This document shows, in pieces, positions 30,961 to 42,493 of a stretch of DNA of 64,000 nt. This DNA is from Spirochaetota bacterium. Lineage in GTDB: Bacteria; Spirochaetota; UBA4802; UBA5550. Numbering within the stretch: the first letter of the stretch is position 1; each line of letters begins with the position of its first letter. The notes beneath the pieces were generated by a model that worked only from the letters and a program-made list of their open reading frames with translations, was not told the DNA's origin and did not search any database. The translations under genes and the position numbers were made by a program. The stretch spans positions 32,001 to 96,000 of the forward strand of contig CAXXHB010000003.1 of assembly GCA_963664815.2 (NCBI GenBank), given 5' to 3'.

Positions 30961-31452
30961 TTACCCGTTTATATTTGCGAGTTTTTTCCTGTCCTCCATG
31001 TATACTACTATCACAAGAAGCAGAGCGCCGGCTATTATAACTGAATCAGCTATATTAAAGGTCGGCCACCTGTAAACGCCGTCGACTCCGATTGAGATAA
31101 AATCTACAACACCAGGCCTTCCCGGTATCAGCCTGTCATAGATATTTCCTGCTGCTCCGCCGATGATAAGTGCCATGGCGATTCTGAATAAGGCCGGCAT
31201 ATGCTTTTCATAAAAGTAGTAGGCAATCATTATAAGAAGAACAATGGCCGAAACGATCAGAAAAAAATGTTTGTACCCCTGCATTATGCCGAATACTCCA
31301 CCCTGATTGTAGGTAAGGTCAAAACGAAAAAACCCTCCTAAAAAATCGATCCTGTTATAAAAACCGAGGTGCCCTAGAGCCATATTTTTTGTTATAAGAT
31401 CTGCGGCAAATGCGGCAGCAACGGTAAATGCGGGTATAATATGCTTTTTCAT
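30961..31452 (-). CDS. lspA: Lipoprotein signal peptidase II
   Basis: NQGGVFG, GAAGNIYDR, VVDFI and FNIADS; downstream of ileS. Confidence 0.96.
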   Translation of the reverse strand: MKKHIIPAFTVAAAFAADLITKNMALGHLGFYNRIDFLGGFFRFDLTYNQGGVFGIMQGYKHFFLIVSAIVLLIMIAYYFYEKHMPALFRIAMALIIGGAAGNIYDRLIPGRPGVVDFISIGVDGVYRWPTFNIADSVIIAGALLLVIVVYMEDRKKLANING

Positions 31453-31464
31453 TTTTTTTCCTGG

Positions 31465-34224
31465 TTAAATTTTTTTTACAACAGTTGTACATCTTTCACA
31501 AAGTTCCGGATGTTCAGCATCGCTTCCCAGCTTTTCGAAAAAGTTCCAGCATCGGATGCATTTCTTTCCTTCACTTTTTGATGCGGCTATTGATGATGAA
31601 TCGTAAGGAGTAAGCCCGCTATCAGAGTCAGTTAATATAACCTTCGCCACCTGGAGGAATCTGCGGAGCTCATCCCCCATCCCTCTCATCAGAGCCCGGG
31701 TTGATTCATCCTTTACGAAAATCTTTATATCAGCTTCAAGAGATGCTTTAATTGTCTTGTCGCGTCTCAGATCTTCAAGGGCTTTAAGGACATCTTTTTT
31801 TATTTCAGCAATCTGGTTTATACGGTCATGGATTTCAGCATTGTTATATTTCTGATCAAGCTGGTAATACTTTTCCATATGCACAGAACCTTTTGATCCC
31901 ATAAATGTCCATATCTCTTCAGTAGTAAATGAAAGGACAGGGGCGATAAGTCTTACTATTGTATTGTAAATCTCGCTTAATACAGTGAGATTCGCCCTTC
32001 TTATTTGCGCGTCTTTTGCCTCAACGTAGAGTATATCTTTGGATACATCGAAATAAATTGAAGAGAGATCAACAGCACAGAAATTCAGCATCTTCCTGTA
32101 AACCTGATGGAATTCGAACTTCTCATAATTTTTTATTACCCCATCTGAAAGATGGTAGAGTTTATGAAGGATCCATTTGTCAACATCAGTGAGGTCTTTA
32201 TATGGCACTCTCTCGTTATCGGAAAAATCAGCGATGTTACCTATGATATACTTCATGGTGTTTCTGATCCTCCGGTATGAATCGGCAACCTGGTTCATCA
32301 TGTTCATGCCGATACGGACATCATTCCTGTAGTCTTCAGAGGATACCCACATCCTGAGAATATCGGCGCCGAACTTTTCCATGATTACTTCGGGCTCAAT
32401 ACCATTACCCATTGATTTGCTCATCGCCCTTCCGGTTTCATCAAGCATAAATCCGTGAGTAAGAACCGTTTTAAATGGAGCACGTCCCCTGAGCGCAAGT
32501 GCAGGCCATAGTGAAGACTGAAACCATCCCCTGTGCTGGTCGCTCCCCTCAAGATAAACGTCTGCCGGCCAGCTGAGTTCTTTCCACTTTTGACTGTCAA
32601 GAACGGCAAAATGTGATACTCCGGAATCAAACCATACGTCAAGTATGTCAAATTCCTTCACAAGGTTTTCCGAACCGCATGAACATCTGGTTCCTGCCGG
32701 GATAAGTTCTTTTAAGTCTCTGGTGTACCATGAATCTATTCCGTCTTTCAGCGCAATGTCAGCAAATAACTGAACGGATTCTGCTGTCATGAGATTTTTG
32801 TTGCAGTCGGCACATTTGAAAGAAGGGATTGGAACTCCCCAGGATCTCTGCCGTGAGAGGCACCAGTCCGGTCTTGTTTCAACCATGCTCCTGAATCTTG
32901 ATTCACCCCATGATGGAACCCATTCTGTCTGGTCAACTGATTCTAGTCCTTTTTTTCTCAGATCATTATGATCCATGCTGAAGAACCACTGTTCCGTTGC
33001 TCTGTAGATCAGAGGTTTTTTACATCTCCAGCAGTGTGGATAGGAGTGATCAATCTTCCCGCTTTGTACAAGGGCATTCCCGGCCTCCAGCAGTTTAACA
33101 ATTTCGCCATCAGCTTTGAATACATGCATTCCTTTCATTTCAGGAAAGTCTGATGTGTACTTTCCTTCATCATCAACCGGGCAGTAAACTTCCAGGCCGT
33201 TGGCAAGACCAATTATATAGTCATCGTGCCCATGGCCAGGAGCGGTGTGTACAATGCCTGTTCCCTGTTCGAGAGTAACATGGGTACCGAGAAGAACCTT
33301 TGATTCCCTGTCAATAAACGGATGGCGGACATGTAACTCTTTTATGTTATCAGGAGTAAGCTCAATTGTTTCGGAATGTTTTCTGCCGGTAGCAGATTCA
33401 AATTGTTCCAGGAGACCCTTCGCAAGAATAAAATATTCGTCTCCGAATTTATATGAGCAGTACTCGAAATCCGGGTGAAAGCTGACTCCGAGGTTAGCCG
33501 GTATTGTCCATGGTGTAGTTGTCCAGATCACTGCAAATGTCTTGTTTTTATCTCCGCCGAATTTAATGGATGCTGTTTCAACAGGGAATTTTACATAAAT
33601 GGATGTTGAGGTGTGCATGTCATACTCAACTTCAGCCTCTGCAAGAGCTGTTACGCAGGTTGGGCACCAGTAGATCGGTTTTTTGTTTTTATATATGAAT
33701 CCATTTTTAAGTATTTCACCGAAAACTTCAACTATGCGCGCTTCATAATCGGGAGACATTGTCTTATAAGGGTGATCGTAGTCTCCGAAAACCCCAAGCC
33801 GTTTAAATCCCTCCATCTGTATTCCTACATATTTTTCAGCATAGTCGCGGCATTTTTTCCTGATATCGACTTTAGGCATGGTTTTTGCCTTGTCGCCAAG
33901 TTCTTTGGTGACGTTAAGTTCAATGGGAAGACCGTGGCAGTCCCATCCCGGTACGTACGGGGATCTGTATCCCATCATGGTCTTGTGTTTTACAATAATA
34001 TCTTTCAGAATTTTGTTAAGAGCGTGACCAAGATGAAGGTGACCATTGGCATATGGAGGTCCGTCATGAAGAATATATGATTCGGCACCTTCGCGGGATT
34101 TCTGAATCTGTTCATAAATCTTTTCATCCTGCCATTTTTTGACAATTGCAGGTTCTTTCTGGGGGAGATTTGCCCTCATAGGGAAATCGGTTACGGGAAG
34201 GTTGACAGTTTTTGAATAATCCAT
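31465..34224 (-). CDS. ileS: Isoleucyl-tRNA synthetase (type 1)
   Basis: HDGPPYANGHLHLGH, EGSDQHRGWF, AMSKS and a C-terminal Zn finger. Confidence 0.98.
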   Translation of the reverse strand: MDYSKTVNLPVTDFPMRANLPQKEPAIVKKWQDEKIYEQIQKSREGAESYILHDGPPYANGHLHLGHALNKILKDIIVKHKTMMGYRSPYVPGWDCHGLPIELNVTKELGDKAKTMPKVDIRKKCRDYAEKYVGIQMEGFKRLGVFGDYDHPYKTMSPDYEARIVEVFGEILKNGFIYKNKKPIYWCPTCVTALAEAEVEYDMHTSTSIYVKFPVETASIKFGGDKNKTFAVIWTTTPWTIPANLGVSFHPDFEYCSYKFGDEYFILAKGLLEQFESATGRKHSETIELTPDNIKELHVRHPFIDRESKVLLGTHVTLEQGTGIVHTAPGHGHDDYIIGLANGLEVYCPVDDEGKYTSDFPEMKGMHVFKADGEIVKLLEAGNALVQSGKIDHSYPHCWRCKKPLIYRATEQWFFSMDHNDLRKKGLESVDQTEWVPSWGESRFRSMVETRPDWCLSRQRSWGVPIPSFKCADCNKNLMTAESVQLFADIALKDGIDSWYTRDLKELIPAGTRCSCGSENLVKEFDILDVWFDSGVSHFAVLDSQKWKELSWPADVYLEGSDQHRGWFQSSLWPALALRGRAPFKTVLTHGFMLDETGRAMSKSMGNGIEPEVIMEKFGADILRMWVSSEDYRNDVRIGMNMMNQVADSYRRIRNTMKYIIGNIADFSDNERVPYKDLTDVDKWILHKLYHLSDGVIKNYEKFEFHQVYRKMLNFCAVDLSSIYFDVSKDILYVEAKDAQIRRANLTVLSEIYNTIVRLIAPVLSFTTEEIWTFMGSKGSVHMEKYYQLDQKYNNAEIHDRINQIAEIKKDVLKALEDLRRDKTIKASLEADIKIFVKDESTRALMRGMGDELRRFLQVAKVILTDSDSGLTPYDSSSIAASKSEGKKCIRCWNFFEKLGSDAEHPELCERCTTVVKKI

Positions 34225-34404
34225 TTGGTCCTCTTAAACTATGGCATATTGTTAAGGGTTCACTTAAAAATTCTGTGACACCCTTGAGGGTCTTTTAAAC
34301 AGGAAAAAGCCTCTAAAACCCTATTAAAAACAAATTAAAACGTCTTTCCGGGAGGCATATTTGTCAATATTTTTTTATGGATACATCAAACTATAGTCTT
34401 CAGG

Positions 34405-35352
34405 TTATGGTTCTGTATTATAAATATTCTCCGAAATCCTGTCGAGTTCAGAAATTTCCCCGGCTGTAAGTATTAAATCCGAACCGCCAAGATTATCCAA
34501 TACCTGGTTTGCAGTACGCGCTCCGGCGATTGCTGCGGCAATTCCATTTTTTGAGAGAATCCACGCAACAGCAACATGTTCCGGCTTAACCCCTTTTTCC
34601 CCGGCGATTTCGGCGACTTTGTCAACAACTGTTTTTACCTTCGGCCAGTATTGCTTTTTAAAGAACCTGTAGAAAAAGCTTCTTGCGTCTCCCTTTTTAA
34701 ACTGCGGGTGTTCCTTATACTTTCCCGTAAGCATTCCTGCACCAAGTGAGCCGTATGAAATTATCCCTATATTATTATCAATGCATACCTTCATCTGGTC
34801 TGATTCGATTTCCCTTTCGAGGAGTGAGTAGTTCGGCTGAAAAGATACTATTTCTCCGTATCTCAAAGCATCTTTCAGCATTTGCCCTGAGAAATTACAT
34901 ATACCAATGTGTTTTATTTTTCCTGATTCTTTAGCTTTCATAAGTGAGACCATTGAATCTTCAAGAGGCGTTGATGGATCTGGCCAGTGAATCTGGTAGA
35001 GATCTATATAATCGGTTCTGAGCCTTTTCAGGGATTGTTCAAGATCGTGCATAATAAAATCCGGTTTAAGATTGTTCCTGTTCCCGTTTTCTATATCAAG
35101 ACCGCATTTTGTCGCAATGATGATCCTGTCTCTTCTGCCGGAAACAACAGAACCTATAAGCTCCTCAGCATGTCCGTTACCGTAAACCGGAGCGGTATCT
35201 ATGCAGTTGATTCCATTATCTATCGCCGTTTCTATTGATTTTATTGCGTTTTCCTCATCATAGCCGCTCCACATGGTTCCGCCGATTGCCCATGTTCCGA
35301 GGATTATCTCTGTTACATCGAGATCGCTCGATCCGAGTCTGCGTGTTTTCAT
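34405..35352 (-). CDS. Aldo/keto reductase
   Basis: LGTWAIGG, DTAPVYG, ATKCG and IDLYQIHWPD motifs. Confidence 0.94.
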   Translation of the reverse strand: MKTRRLGSSDLDVTEIILGTWAIGGTMWSGYDEENAIKSIETAIDNGINCIDTAPVYGNGHAEELIGSVVSGRRDRIIIATKCGLDIENGNRNNLKPDFIMHDLEQSLKRLRTDYIDLYQIHWPDPSTPLEDSMVSLMKAKESGKIKHIGICNFSGQMLKDALRYGEIVSFQPNYSLLEREIESDQMKVCIDNNIGIISYGSLGAGMLTGKYKEHPQFKKGDARSFFYRFFKKQYWPKVKTVVDKVAEIAGEKGVKPEHVAVAWILSKNGIAAAIAGARTANQVLDNLGGSDLILTAGEISELDRISENIYNTEP

Positions 35353-35843
35353 TTATTCACCTTTTATTAAAATATTTTCTGTGATAGATACTATAAATAC
35401 TCTCAGGGGAAATATGTCTAACCAGTTCAGAACTTTCCAGAAAAATTTATTCATTTAATAAGACAGTAACTGTTCTTACTTAATGCTGTAATAAACAGGT
35501 ATAACTTTACCGGGAAAATAAGTTTTAATGAATTTTTGTCAGGAATGATTCCCGCTGCTCCCTATACAGGGATTGTTTTGTCTCTTTGAGGTTAGCCGGT
35601 CTTTACAGCATTTATGCCATTTCCAGTACTGGAGATATAAAATATGTTACCGGCAACAGTTAAACAAGTTTCATCAGCAAATTCATACTGATCTAACAGA
35701 GTAATATTTATTTTTTACTACCCATAAAATCTAAAAAAAGACTTTACATTTACTTAAAAATAAATATTATCAAGTATATTATTAAGACTGCAGCCAGTAA
35801 AAGGTGATTTTTTGTTTATAATTAATTATTCAGAGGAGATATA

Positions 35844-35975
35844 ATGGGAGATAAGAGTCCGAAATCAAAAGATAAAAATCAGAAACAGAAAGACAGCAGT
35901 AAAGCAAAAGCTGTACAAAAAGCTAAGGATGAAAAAGATGCTAAGGTTGTAAATACAGCGAAGCCTAAGAAGTAA
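35844..35975 (+). CDS. Small Lys-rich protein (43 aa)
   Basis: MGDKSPKSKDKNQKQKDSSKAKAVQKAKDEKDAKVVNTAKPKK*, with a GAGGAG RBS just upstream; below the ORF-track cutoff. Confidence 0.7.
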   Translation: MGDKSPKSKDKNQKQKDSSKAKAVQKAKDEKDAKVVNTAKPKK

Positions 35976-36407
35976 TTTTTATAAGAATTTTTAATGTCTG
36001 TTGTACTGACATTGTTAAGAATACAGTTATTTGTACATGTAGTTTGCAGACAGATTAACCTCACTGTTTTATCAGTGAAAGAGGTTAAAAGTTTGAATCT
36101 ATAAAAATTAAGGTATAATTAAGAAATTCTTTTCATATCCGCAGGTACTATATATATCAATCCTGTTTTGCCTGTTAAATATTCCTTATTTATTACCTGT
36201 CTATATTATTTACATTCCCGTCGATAATTCAGCCGCCCGATTTTGCATTATTCAATTATAAATATTTAAAAAAAACATTCAGCTTATAATATTATTATTG
36301 ATTATCCACAGAGCATTCTTTTGCATGCATATTAAAGATAAGAACTATACAGAGCAGAGATTTCTTAAGCCGAATTTATAAAGATATAATAAGAGGATGC
36401 TTTTCTC

Positions 36408-37793
36408 ATGGAAAAAAAAGAGAGATTTTTAGAGAGCTACATTTTAAAAAACTACCAGTCAGCGCCATTCATGACAAAACAGCGTGTGTATGTTTTAATG
36501 TGGATGCAGATTGTATATATGCTGTTAAACGTCACAACTCAGACTTTGACAAATATACTGTCACCTCATGCAGCAACAAAATTTTACAACATAAGTATGA
36601 TTTTTTTAACTTTTGCTTTTATGGTCTGTTTTATAATTCTTAAATCAGGCACATACAGGATTGCTGCATATCTGTCTATTGTTCTTCCGCTTGTTCTTAT
36701 GACATTGCAGGGACTTCAGATAAGCACAGAAAGCGGAAAATTTGTATTCATGTATTATCTTGTGATGTTTATTGTTATGGCCTCTTTATTAGGGGACAGG
36801 ATCACTATCATTTTTATTACTGCTATGGTAATTACCGGGATTATTCTGATTGTAACGAAATCGGGTGATATCATTCCTGTTGATAAACATGGATCTTCTA
36901 TTGTAAATTTATCGATTGCCTCTTTTTTTACATCTGTAGTATGTATTCTTACATCTTGGATTGTAAAAGCAACTCTTGAAGAAACAGAAAAAAAGAATAC
37001 GGAGCTTGAGGAATCTCTTGCTGGAAATAATGAGATTTTAACAACGTGCACATCAGTAGCTTATACACTCAAAAACACAGCTGAAAATCTTTCTGTCAAC
37101 TCTGCAACATTTTCAGACAGCGCCCGGGCACAGGCTGCAGGTGTTGAAGAGATATCATCAACAATGGAGGAGATGCTGTCCTCCGTAAGTCAGAGTGCAG
37201 ATAACTCTGCTGAAGCTGAGTTGATTTCGGAAAAATCATATAAGCTGGCGGGAGAGGGGACTGAAATAGTAAACAAAGCAGTTATCGCGATAAACGAAGT
37301 GAACGAATCCTCAAGAAAGATATCGGACATTATTAATCTTATTAACGATATTGCTTTCCAGACAAACCTCCTTGCCCTCAATGCATCTGTTGAAGCAGCA
37401 CGGGCAGGTGACAGCGGCAGAGGTTTTGCAGTTGTTGCCTCAGAAGTGAGAAACCTGGCTCAGCGATCCAGAGGTGCTTCAGATGAAATAAGCAAGCTTA
37501 TAAAGGCATCAGTTGAAAAAATTTCAATCGGAACAGATCTTGTCAACAAAAGCGGAAGAGCATTAAAAGAAATATTCGGTTCAATAGAACAGACGAGGAA
37601 AATAATTTCAGAAATAAACTCTGTCAGCCGTGAGCAGAAAGAAGGGCTTGGGCAGGTTACAAATGCGCTGAACCAGGCTGATGTATTAAGCCAGAAGACA
37701 GCGACAGCCGCGGAGGAGCTCTTCTATTCATCAGAACAGCTAAAGAAGAATTCGGCCGAGCTTCAGGAACTCATGTCAATTTTTAAAAACTGA
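36408..37793 (+). CDS. Methyl-accepting chemotaxis protein with multi-TM sensor
   Basis: About 6 TM segments, then [32 protein letters not shown]. Confidence 0.95.
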   Translation: MEKKERFLESYILKNYQSAPFMTKQRVYVLMWMQIVYMLLNVTTQTLTNILSPHAATKFYNISMIFLTFAFMVCFIILKSGTYRIAAYLSIVLPLVLMTLQGLQISTESGKFVFMYYLVMFIVMASLLGDRITIIFITAMVITGIILIVTKSGDIIPVDKHGSSIVNLSIASFFTSVVCILTSWIVKATLEETEKKNTELEESLAGNNEILTTCTSVAYTLKNTAENLSVNSATFSDSARAQAAGVEEISSTMEEMLSSVSQSADNSAEAELISEKSYKLAGEGTEIVNKAVIAINEVNESSRKISDIINLINDIAFQTNLLALNASVEAARAGDSGRGFAVVASEVRNLAQRSRGASDEISKLIKASVEKISIGTDLVNKSGRALKEIFGSIEQTRKIISEINSVSREQKEGLGQVTNALNQADVLSQKTATAAEELFYSSEQLKKNSAELQELMSIFKN

Positions 37794-37816
37794 TGATGTT
37801 TTCATTATCAGTTTTT
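37785..37816 (+). terminator. Probable intrinsic terminator after the MCP gene
   Basis: AAAAACTGATGAT / ATTATCAGTTTTT hairpin. Confidence 0.5.
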
Positions 37817-37920
37817 AATCAATCTTATACAGCAAATATGGTAATTGCTGAGTTGGATTTCATAAAAAAAGAATACAGGCTGGCGGTGATCATCCGGCTG
37901 AAAAAAATAAAAACCTTGTT

Positions 37921-39072
37921 TTACTTGACAACGGTTATTATTTTAATAGTGTCTTTAAGCTGATGGTTTCTTGAATAGTTATTTATTGCAATAATAAGAG
38001 CTGAAGTGAGCTTCTGATTTCTGTTTCCTATAATAACTCCTGAAGCTGTAATTAAATCCTCAGATAAATACATCCCCTCTTCAAGACTCTCCACCGGGAG
38101 TACCTTGTTGACAAAGCTTTTCTTTGTCGGGTCTGTTCGAAAAAACATTTTCTGTGCAATTGATAGAAGTGAGGGATCATAAAAACCTGGTTTTTTACTC
38201 ATATCAAGCAGCGCTTTCTCACTTTCAATACCTCCGGTTACTGCCTTATCATAGTCCAGGGCTATTTTTAAAATTCTGGAACCGACCGGTATTATATCTC
38301 CGGCAACATCATCAACTGGAAAGCCGTTGCCATCAAAGTTTTTCTCCTGGTACCTGATAATCTCTGCAACCTTGTCCAGCCGTGGAATGGTTTTTATCAT
38401 ATCAGCTCCTGTTGAGGGGTGGCTTAAAAACATTACATTTTCAGCTTCGGACAGGGTAAGGCCTTTATAGATTTTTTTTAATATATCATCAGGAATTGTG
38501 ATACAACCAATCTGTGAAAGAGTCGCCGCTATTTCAATCTGCCATTTGTTGTCGATATCAAGCTCATTGTAGATAGATCTTGCCAGGCTTCTGATTTTCT
38601 GTGTTTTATTGAAAGCCTGGGGTTTTGCAAGTGAAAGAAGATCTGTCAGTACTTTAATGCTTCCACCAAGCGTTTTCCCGAGCAGTTCTTTTTCTGCGGA
38701 GACGAGTTCATATTGTCTCACAGCATCTTTTATATTATTTACAAGATCATCCGGGGAACATGGTTTTGTGAGAAATCTGAAAATTTTTCCTTTATTTATA
38801 AGATTTATTATCGCTTCAAGATCAGCCTGACCGGTAAGCATTATCTGGATAGTGTCGGGCGAAAGGCTCCTTACTTTTTCAAGAAGTTCAACTCCATTCA
38901 TTTTAGGCATTTTAAAGTCCGATATAATAACCTGGAATGATTTATCATTCTCTATTTTTTCAATTGCGGAGGTACCTGAGTCTGCAACTTCAACATCAAA
39001 TTCATCGCACAGATTTCTTCTATATGCTTCAAGAATGTTTTTTTCATCATCAACAAGCAGTATTCGGTTCAT
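37921..39072 (-). CDS. Response regulator with a degenerate HD-GYP-like domain
   Basis: REC domain, followed by LSQIG (for LHDIG) and YQEKNFDGNGFP (for HHExxDGxGYP). Confidence 0.88.
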   Translation of the reverse strand: MNRILLVDDEKNILEAYRRNLCDEFDVEVADSGTSAIEKIENDKSFQVIISDFKMPKMNGVELLEKVRSLSPDTIQIMLTGQADLEAIINLINKGKIFRFLTKPCSPDDLVNNIKDAVRQYELVSAEKELLGKTLGGSIKVLTDLLSLAKPQAFNKTQKIRSLARSIYNELDIDNKWQIEIAATLSQIGCITIPDDILKKIYKGLTLSEAENVMFLSHPSTGADMIKTIPRLDKVAEIIRYQEKNFDGNGFPVDDVAGDIIPVGSRILKIALDYDKAVTGGIESEKALLDMSKKPGFYDPSLLSIAQKMFFRTDPTKKSFVNKVLPVESLEEGMYLSEDLITASGVIIGNRNQKLTSALIIAINNYSRNHQLKDTIKIITVVK

Positions 39073-39204
39073 AAAACAACTCCCTGATAAAATATATTTT
39101 TCAAATACACCCGTTTTGCTGAATCTGCAGCATTCAATTTCAGCAATAACCCGGATGAGAAGTTAAAAGCGCCTCCAGCCGATCCCGGACTGCAGCTAAG
39201 GGTG

Positions 39205-39567
39205 TCAGTTGAAAAGCTTTTCAATCTCCAGTATTATCATTTCGAAATCGCACGGTTTTGAGATATATTTATGTGCCAGAGATTCGGCCTCCTGAAATAT
39301 ATTTTCATTTACCTGTGCTGAAAGCATCACCCTTTTCATGTCGGGGTATTTGGTCCTTGCAGTGCTGAGCAGAGTTAAACCGGACATCCCGGGCATCATC
39401 TGATCTGATACAATTACATCATACCTTTTGGTTTCAAGCAATCTCAAGGCGTCTTCACCGGATGACGCAGTATCAAAATTTATATAACTTTTCTCTATAG
39501 TAAGAAGACGACTTAACCCCTCAATAAGATTCTCATCATCATCAACGAACAATATAGACAATTTCAT
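39205..39567 (-). CDS. Single-domain response regulator
   Basis: LFVDDD, VSDQMMP and ISKPC motifs. Confidence 0.9.
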   Translation of the reverse strand: MKLSILFVDDDENLIEGLSRLLTIEKSYINFDTASSGEDALRLLETKRYDVIVSDQMMPGMSGLTLLSTARTKYPDMKRVMLSAQVNENIFQEAESLAHKYISKPCDFEMIILEIEKLFN

Positions 39568-39569
39568 TT

Positions 39570-41975
39570 TTACTCCTTATCTTCAAGGGGAAGTTTTATA
39601 ATAAAAGTTGTCCCTCTTCCCGGATCACTTTCAAAATATAAAGAACCATGATGTTTTTCAACTATTATTGAATAAGATATGGCAAGACCCTGGCCTGTTC
39701 CCTTACCTACGTCTTTTGTCGTGAAAAATGGATTAAAGATCTTTTCCTTAATTTCAGCGGGAATACCGGTACCGTTATCTTCCACCCTGATAATTGCATG
39801 TGTATTATTACAGCCGGTATATATTTTAATAAGCCCTGAATCAGTTTTATTCTTTTCTTTTGCTTCAACTATTGCATCCTTGGCATTAACTAAAAGATTA
39901 AGGATCACCTGGTTTAATTCCGATTCATAACATGGTACATCAGGAAGAGTTTCATCCAGATTCAGCTGAAGTTCACAATCATATTTCCACTCGTTGCGTG
40001 AAACTGTTACTGTATTTTTAATAGCCTTGTTTATATTTGCCGGCATTTTTGTCCCAGTACCGGGATGGGAGAAGGCTTTCATCGATTGGATTATTCCGGA
40101 GACCTTGGCAACACCCTCCAGTGACTGCTCAAGAGCCTTGGGCATCTGCTCCAGGAGAAACGGGAGCTTTATTTTTTCGCTGAGTTCTTTTGCCTGCCTG
40201 ATTATGCGTGAAAATTCATCTAAATTGACGATTTTAGTATATGCCCTTTCATAAATATCCAGCGTATTAATAAGCCCGATAAATGATTTATTGATGAATT
40301 TAAGATTATCTCCAACATACTGCATAGGTGTGTTTATTTCATGTGCAACACCTGCGGCTAGCTGCCCTATTGCCTCAAGCTTATTAGACTGCAGAAGCTG
40401 GCTTTCAAGAATCTTCTGTTCGGTGAGGTCTTTGCCGAGAATTATAAATCCATCAAGCTTTTCCCCCCCTTTCTTTAATGGATTAATTGTCAGCCCCAGT
40501 ATGCCGTTTTTATTATCCTGTTTGCTGAACTTCAGGTTGTCAATTCTTATGCTTCTGTCTTCAATAATACAGTCGGAAATTCCCTCATAAATAATCTGCC
40601 AGTTCCAGTCAATTGCGGTCTCATAAAACAGTTTCCCGATTATATCAGAAGCATTTATTCCGAAAACCTGTTCTGCGAATGGATTCCAGTGAGTAATCCG
40701 GTCTTTTACTGAAACTCCGATAATAATACTTGAAAGGGAATTAATCAGGATATCCAGCTCCTCATTTATTTTTTTTAGTTCCTTTTCGTTTTCAACCCGA
40801 TCAGTAATATCAACCATTATTCCGACAATACCGGCTGTTTTCCCGTCGGGATTATTATACGTTGTTTTGTTGAAGTGGAAAACACGGGTTATCCCGTCAG
40901 CACATTTTATCTGTGATTCATAAATCTGAATTCCGGGATTATCCAGCAGCTCTTTATCCTTAGCTGTGTAATTCATTGCGAGATCGTGTGGTATTGTTTC
41001 GCCAAGATCAAAAGCGGTTTTATTTATTATTTCTTCACGTGGGAGACCCATTATTAATTCAGCAAATGAGTTATTACACCCCAGGAAGACCCCGTTAACG
41101 TCTTTATAAAAAACCGGATTGCTGATTGTGTTGATTAACGTTTCAAGAAACTGGAGATAATTGTTGAGTTTATCCTCTATTTCGATTTTATCGGTTACAT
41201 CTTCAAGTACACCATCAATCCAGTCCGGATTCCCGGACTCGCTGAAATGACACAACGCGGATATTGATGCCCAGAAAGGTTCTCCGGTAGTTTTTTTAAG
41301 TTTAACAAGATTATTCCGCATTTTTTTAAGCTCAATTATATCTGATCTGAACTCTTTCATTCTATCCATATCAAAAAACAATTCCTGGACAGTTGCCTCC
41401 AGCAGTTCTTCAATTGAATTATAACCAAATATAAGTGCTGCTGATAAATTAGCCTGAAGGATCTGCCCCGGGTTGGAAACAGATATCCTGAATACACCAA
41501 CAGGAAGATTTTCCATAAGTGTTCTATACCGTTCTTCACTTACTTTCAGAGCATTAAAAAGTTTTTTTCTTTCTTTTAAAATTCTGTTTTCATTGATGGC
41601 TCTTTTAATAGCAGGGACAAGGAGGTCAAGGTTATCTTTCAGTATAAAGTCAGTAGCGCCGGATTTAAGCGCTGTGACTGCCATTTCTTCACCAACAGCG
41701 CCTGTAACAAAAATAAAGGGAGTGTCCGGTGATAACTTCTTTGCCGTCTCAAGAGCTTTAAACCCGTCAAATCCCGGCAGATCAATATCAGAGAGTATAA
41801 TGTCCGGAGATAATTTTGTTATTTTTTCAGTAAAAGCTGACCTGTCTGATACCGAGTGGATCTGAAAGTTCAGATCACTGTGATTTAGTATATTCATTAT
41901 CAGTTCTGCATCTTCCTGGGAGTTTTCAATATGCAGAATTTTTTTTGATTCCCCTTTCAGTTTGTTTAACGTCAT
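39570..41975 (-). CDS. Cytoplasmic hybrid kinase REC-PAS-PAS-PAS-HisKA-HATPase
   Basis: N-terminal receiver, [12 protein letters not shown] and [15 protein letters not shown]. Confidence 0.94.
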   Translation of the reverse strand: MTLNKLKGESKKILHIENSQEDAELIMNILNHSDLNFQIHSVSDRSAFTEKITKLSPDIILSDIDLPGFDGFKALETAKKLSPDTPFIFVTGAVGEEMAVTALKSGATDFILKDNLDLLVPAIKRAINENRILKERKKLFNALKVSEERYRTLMENLPVGVFRISVSNPGQILQANLSAALIFGYNSIEELLEATVQELFFDMDRMKEFRSDIIELKKMRNNLVKLKKTTGEPFWASISALCHFSESGNPDWIDGVLEDVTDKIEIEDKLNNYLQFLETLINTISNPVFYKDVNGVFLGCNNSFAELIMGLPREEIINKTAFDLGETIPHDLAMNYTAKDKELLDNPGIQIYESQIKCADGITRVFHFNKTTYNNPDGKTAGIVGIMVDITDRVENEKELKKINEELDILINSLSSIIIGVSVKDRITHWNPFAEQVFGINASDIIGKLFYETAIDWNWQIIYEGISDCIIEDRSIRIDNLKFSKQDNKNGILGLTINPLKKGGEKLDGFIILGKDLTEQKILESQLLQSNKLEAIGQLAAGVAHEINTPMQYVGDNLKFINKSFIGLINTLDIYERAYTKIVNLDEFSRIIRQAKELSEKIKLPFLLEQMPKALEQSLEGVAKVSGIIQSMKAFSHPGTGTKMPANINKAIKNTVTVSRNEWKYDCELQLNLDETLPDVPCYESELNQVILNLLVNAKDAIVEAKEKNKTDSGLIKIYTGCNNTHAIIRVEDNGTGIPAEIKEKIFNPFFTTKDVGKGTGQGLAISYSIIVEKHHGSLYFESDPGRGTTFIIKLPLEDKE

Positions 41976-41999
41976 TTATTCATCTCTTCTTTATTTAGT

Positions 42000-42401
42000 T
42001 TACTTATCTGAATAAAAAGATTCAACAATTCTGATAAATTCGGGCAGATTGAGCGGCTTTAAAAAAAAGTAGAGGGGATGTACTTTCATAGCTCTTTCCA
42101 TTAACTCAGGATCAGAATATCCGGTTAAAAAAATTATCTGTACATTATAGCGGGAAGTTTTCATTATTAATTCTGCCGTTTCAATTCCATCCATACTTCC
42201 GGCAAGCCTGATATCAAGAATAACCAGATCCGGTTTTAAGGCGGCAACGGATTCTATCGCTTCTTCACCGGTTGATACGCATGCAAGGACATTGTAGCCG
42301 CGGCGGGAAAAAATTTTCCCCATATACATTGCTGTAACTGCTTCATCCTCTACAATTATTATTGAGATTTCATTCATAACCAGACTCTTTTTTATAAACA
42401 T
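42000..42401 (-). CDS. Single-domain response regulator
   Basis: IVEDE, LDIRLAGSMDGIE and LKP motifs. Confidence 0.9.
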   Translation of the reverse strand: MFIKKSLVMNEISIIIVEDEAVTAMYMGKIFSRRGYNVLACVSTGEEAIESVAALKPDLVILDIRLAGSMDGIETAELIMKTSRYNVQIIFLTGYSDPELMERAMKVHPLYFFLKPLNLPEFIRIVESFYSDK

Positions 42402-42493
42402 TGTATTTAAATTTAATTGTCCATTTTATTAAGATTTTTTCGCCTGAGTTTAATTATACGCTTCAATCGATAATATTTACAATTCAACAGTTA

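Noticed and set aside
34225-34404. Possible T-box leader upstream of ileS
   Set aside because: The gap is short and has no T-box consensus or terminator/antiterminator.
35879-36064. 61-aa minus-strand ORF
   Set aside because: Antisense to the better-supported 43-aa plus-strand ORF that has an RBS.
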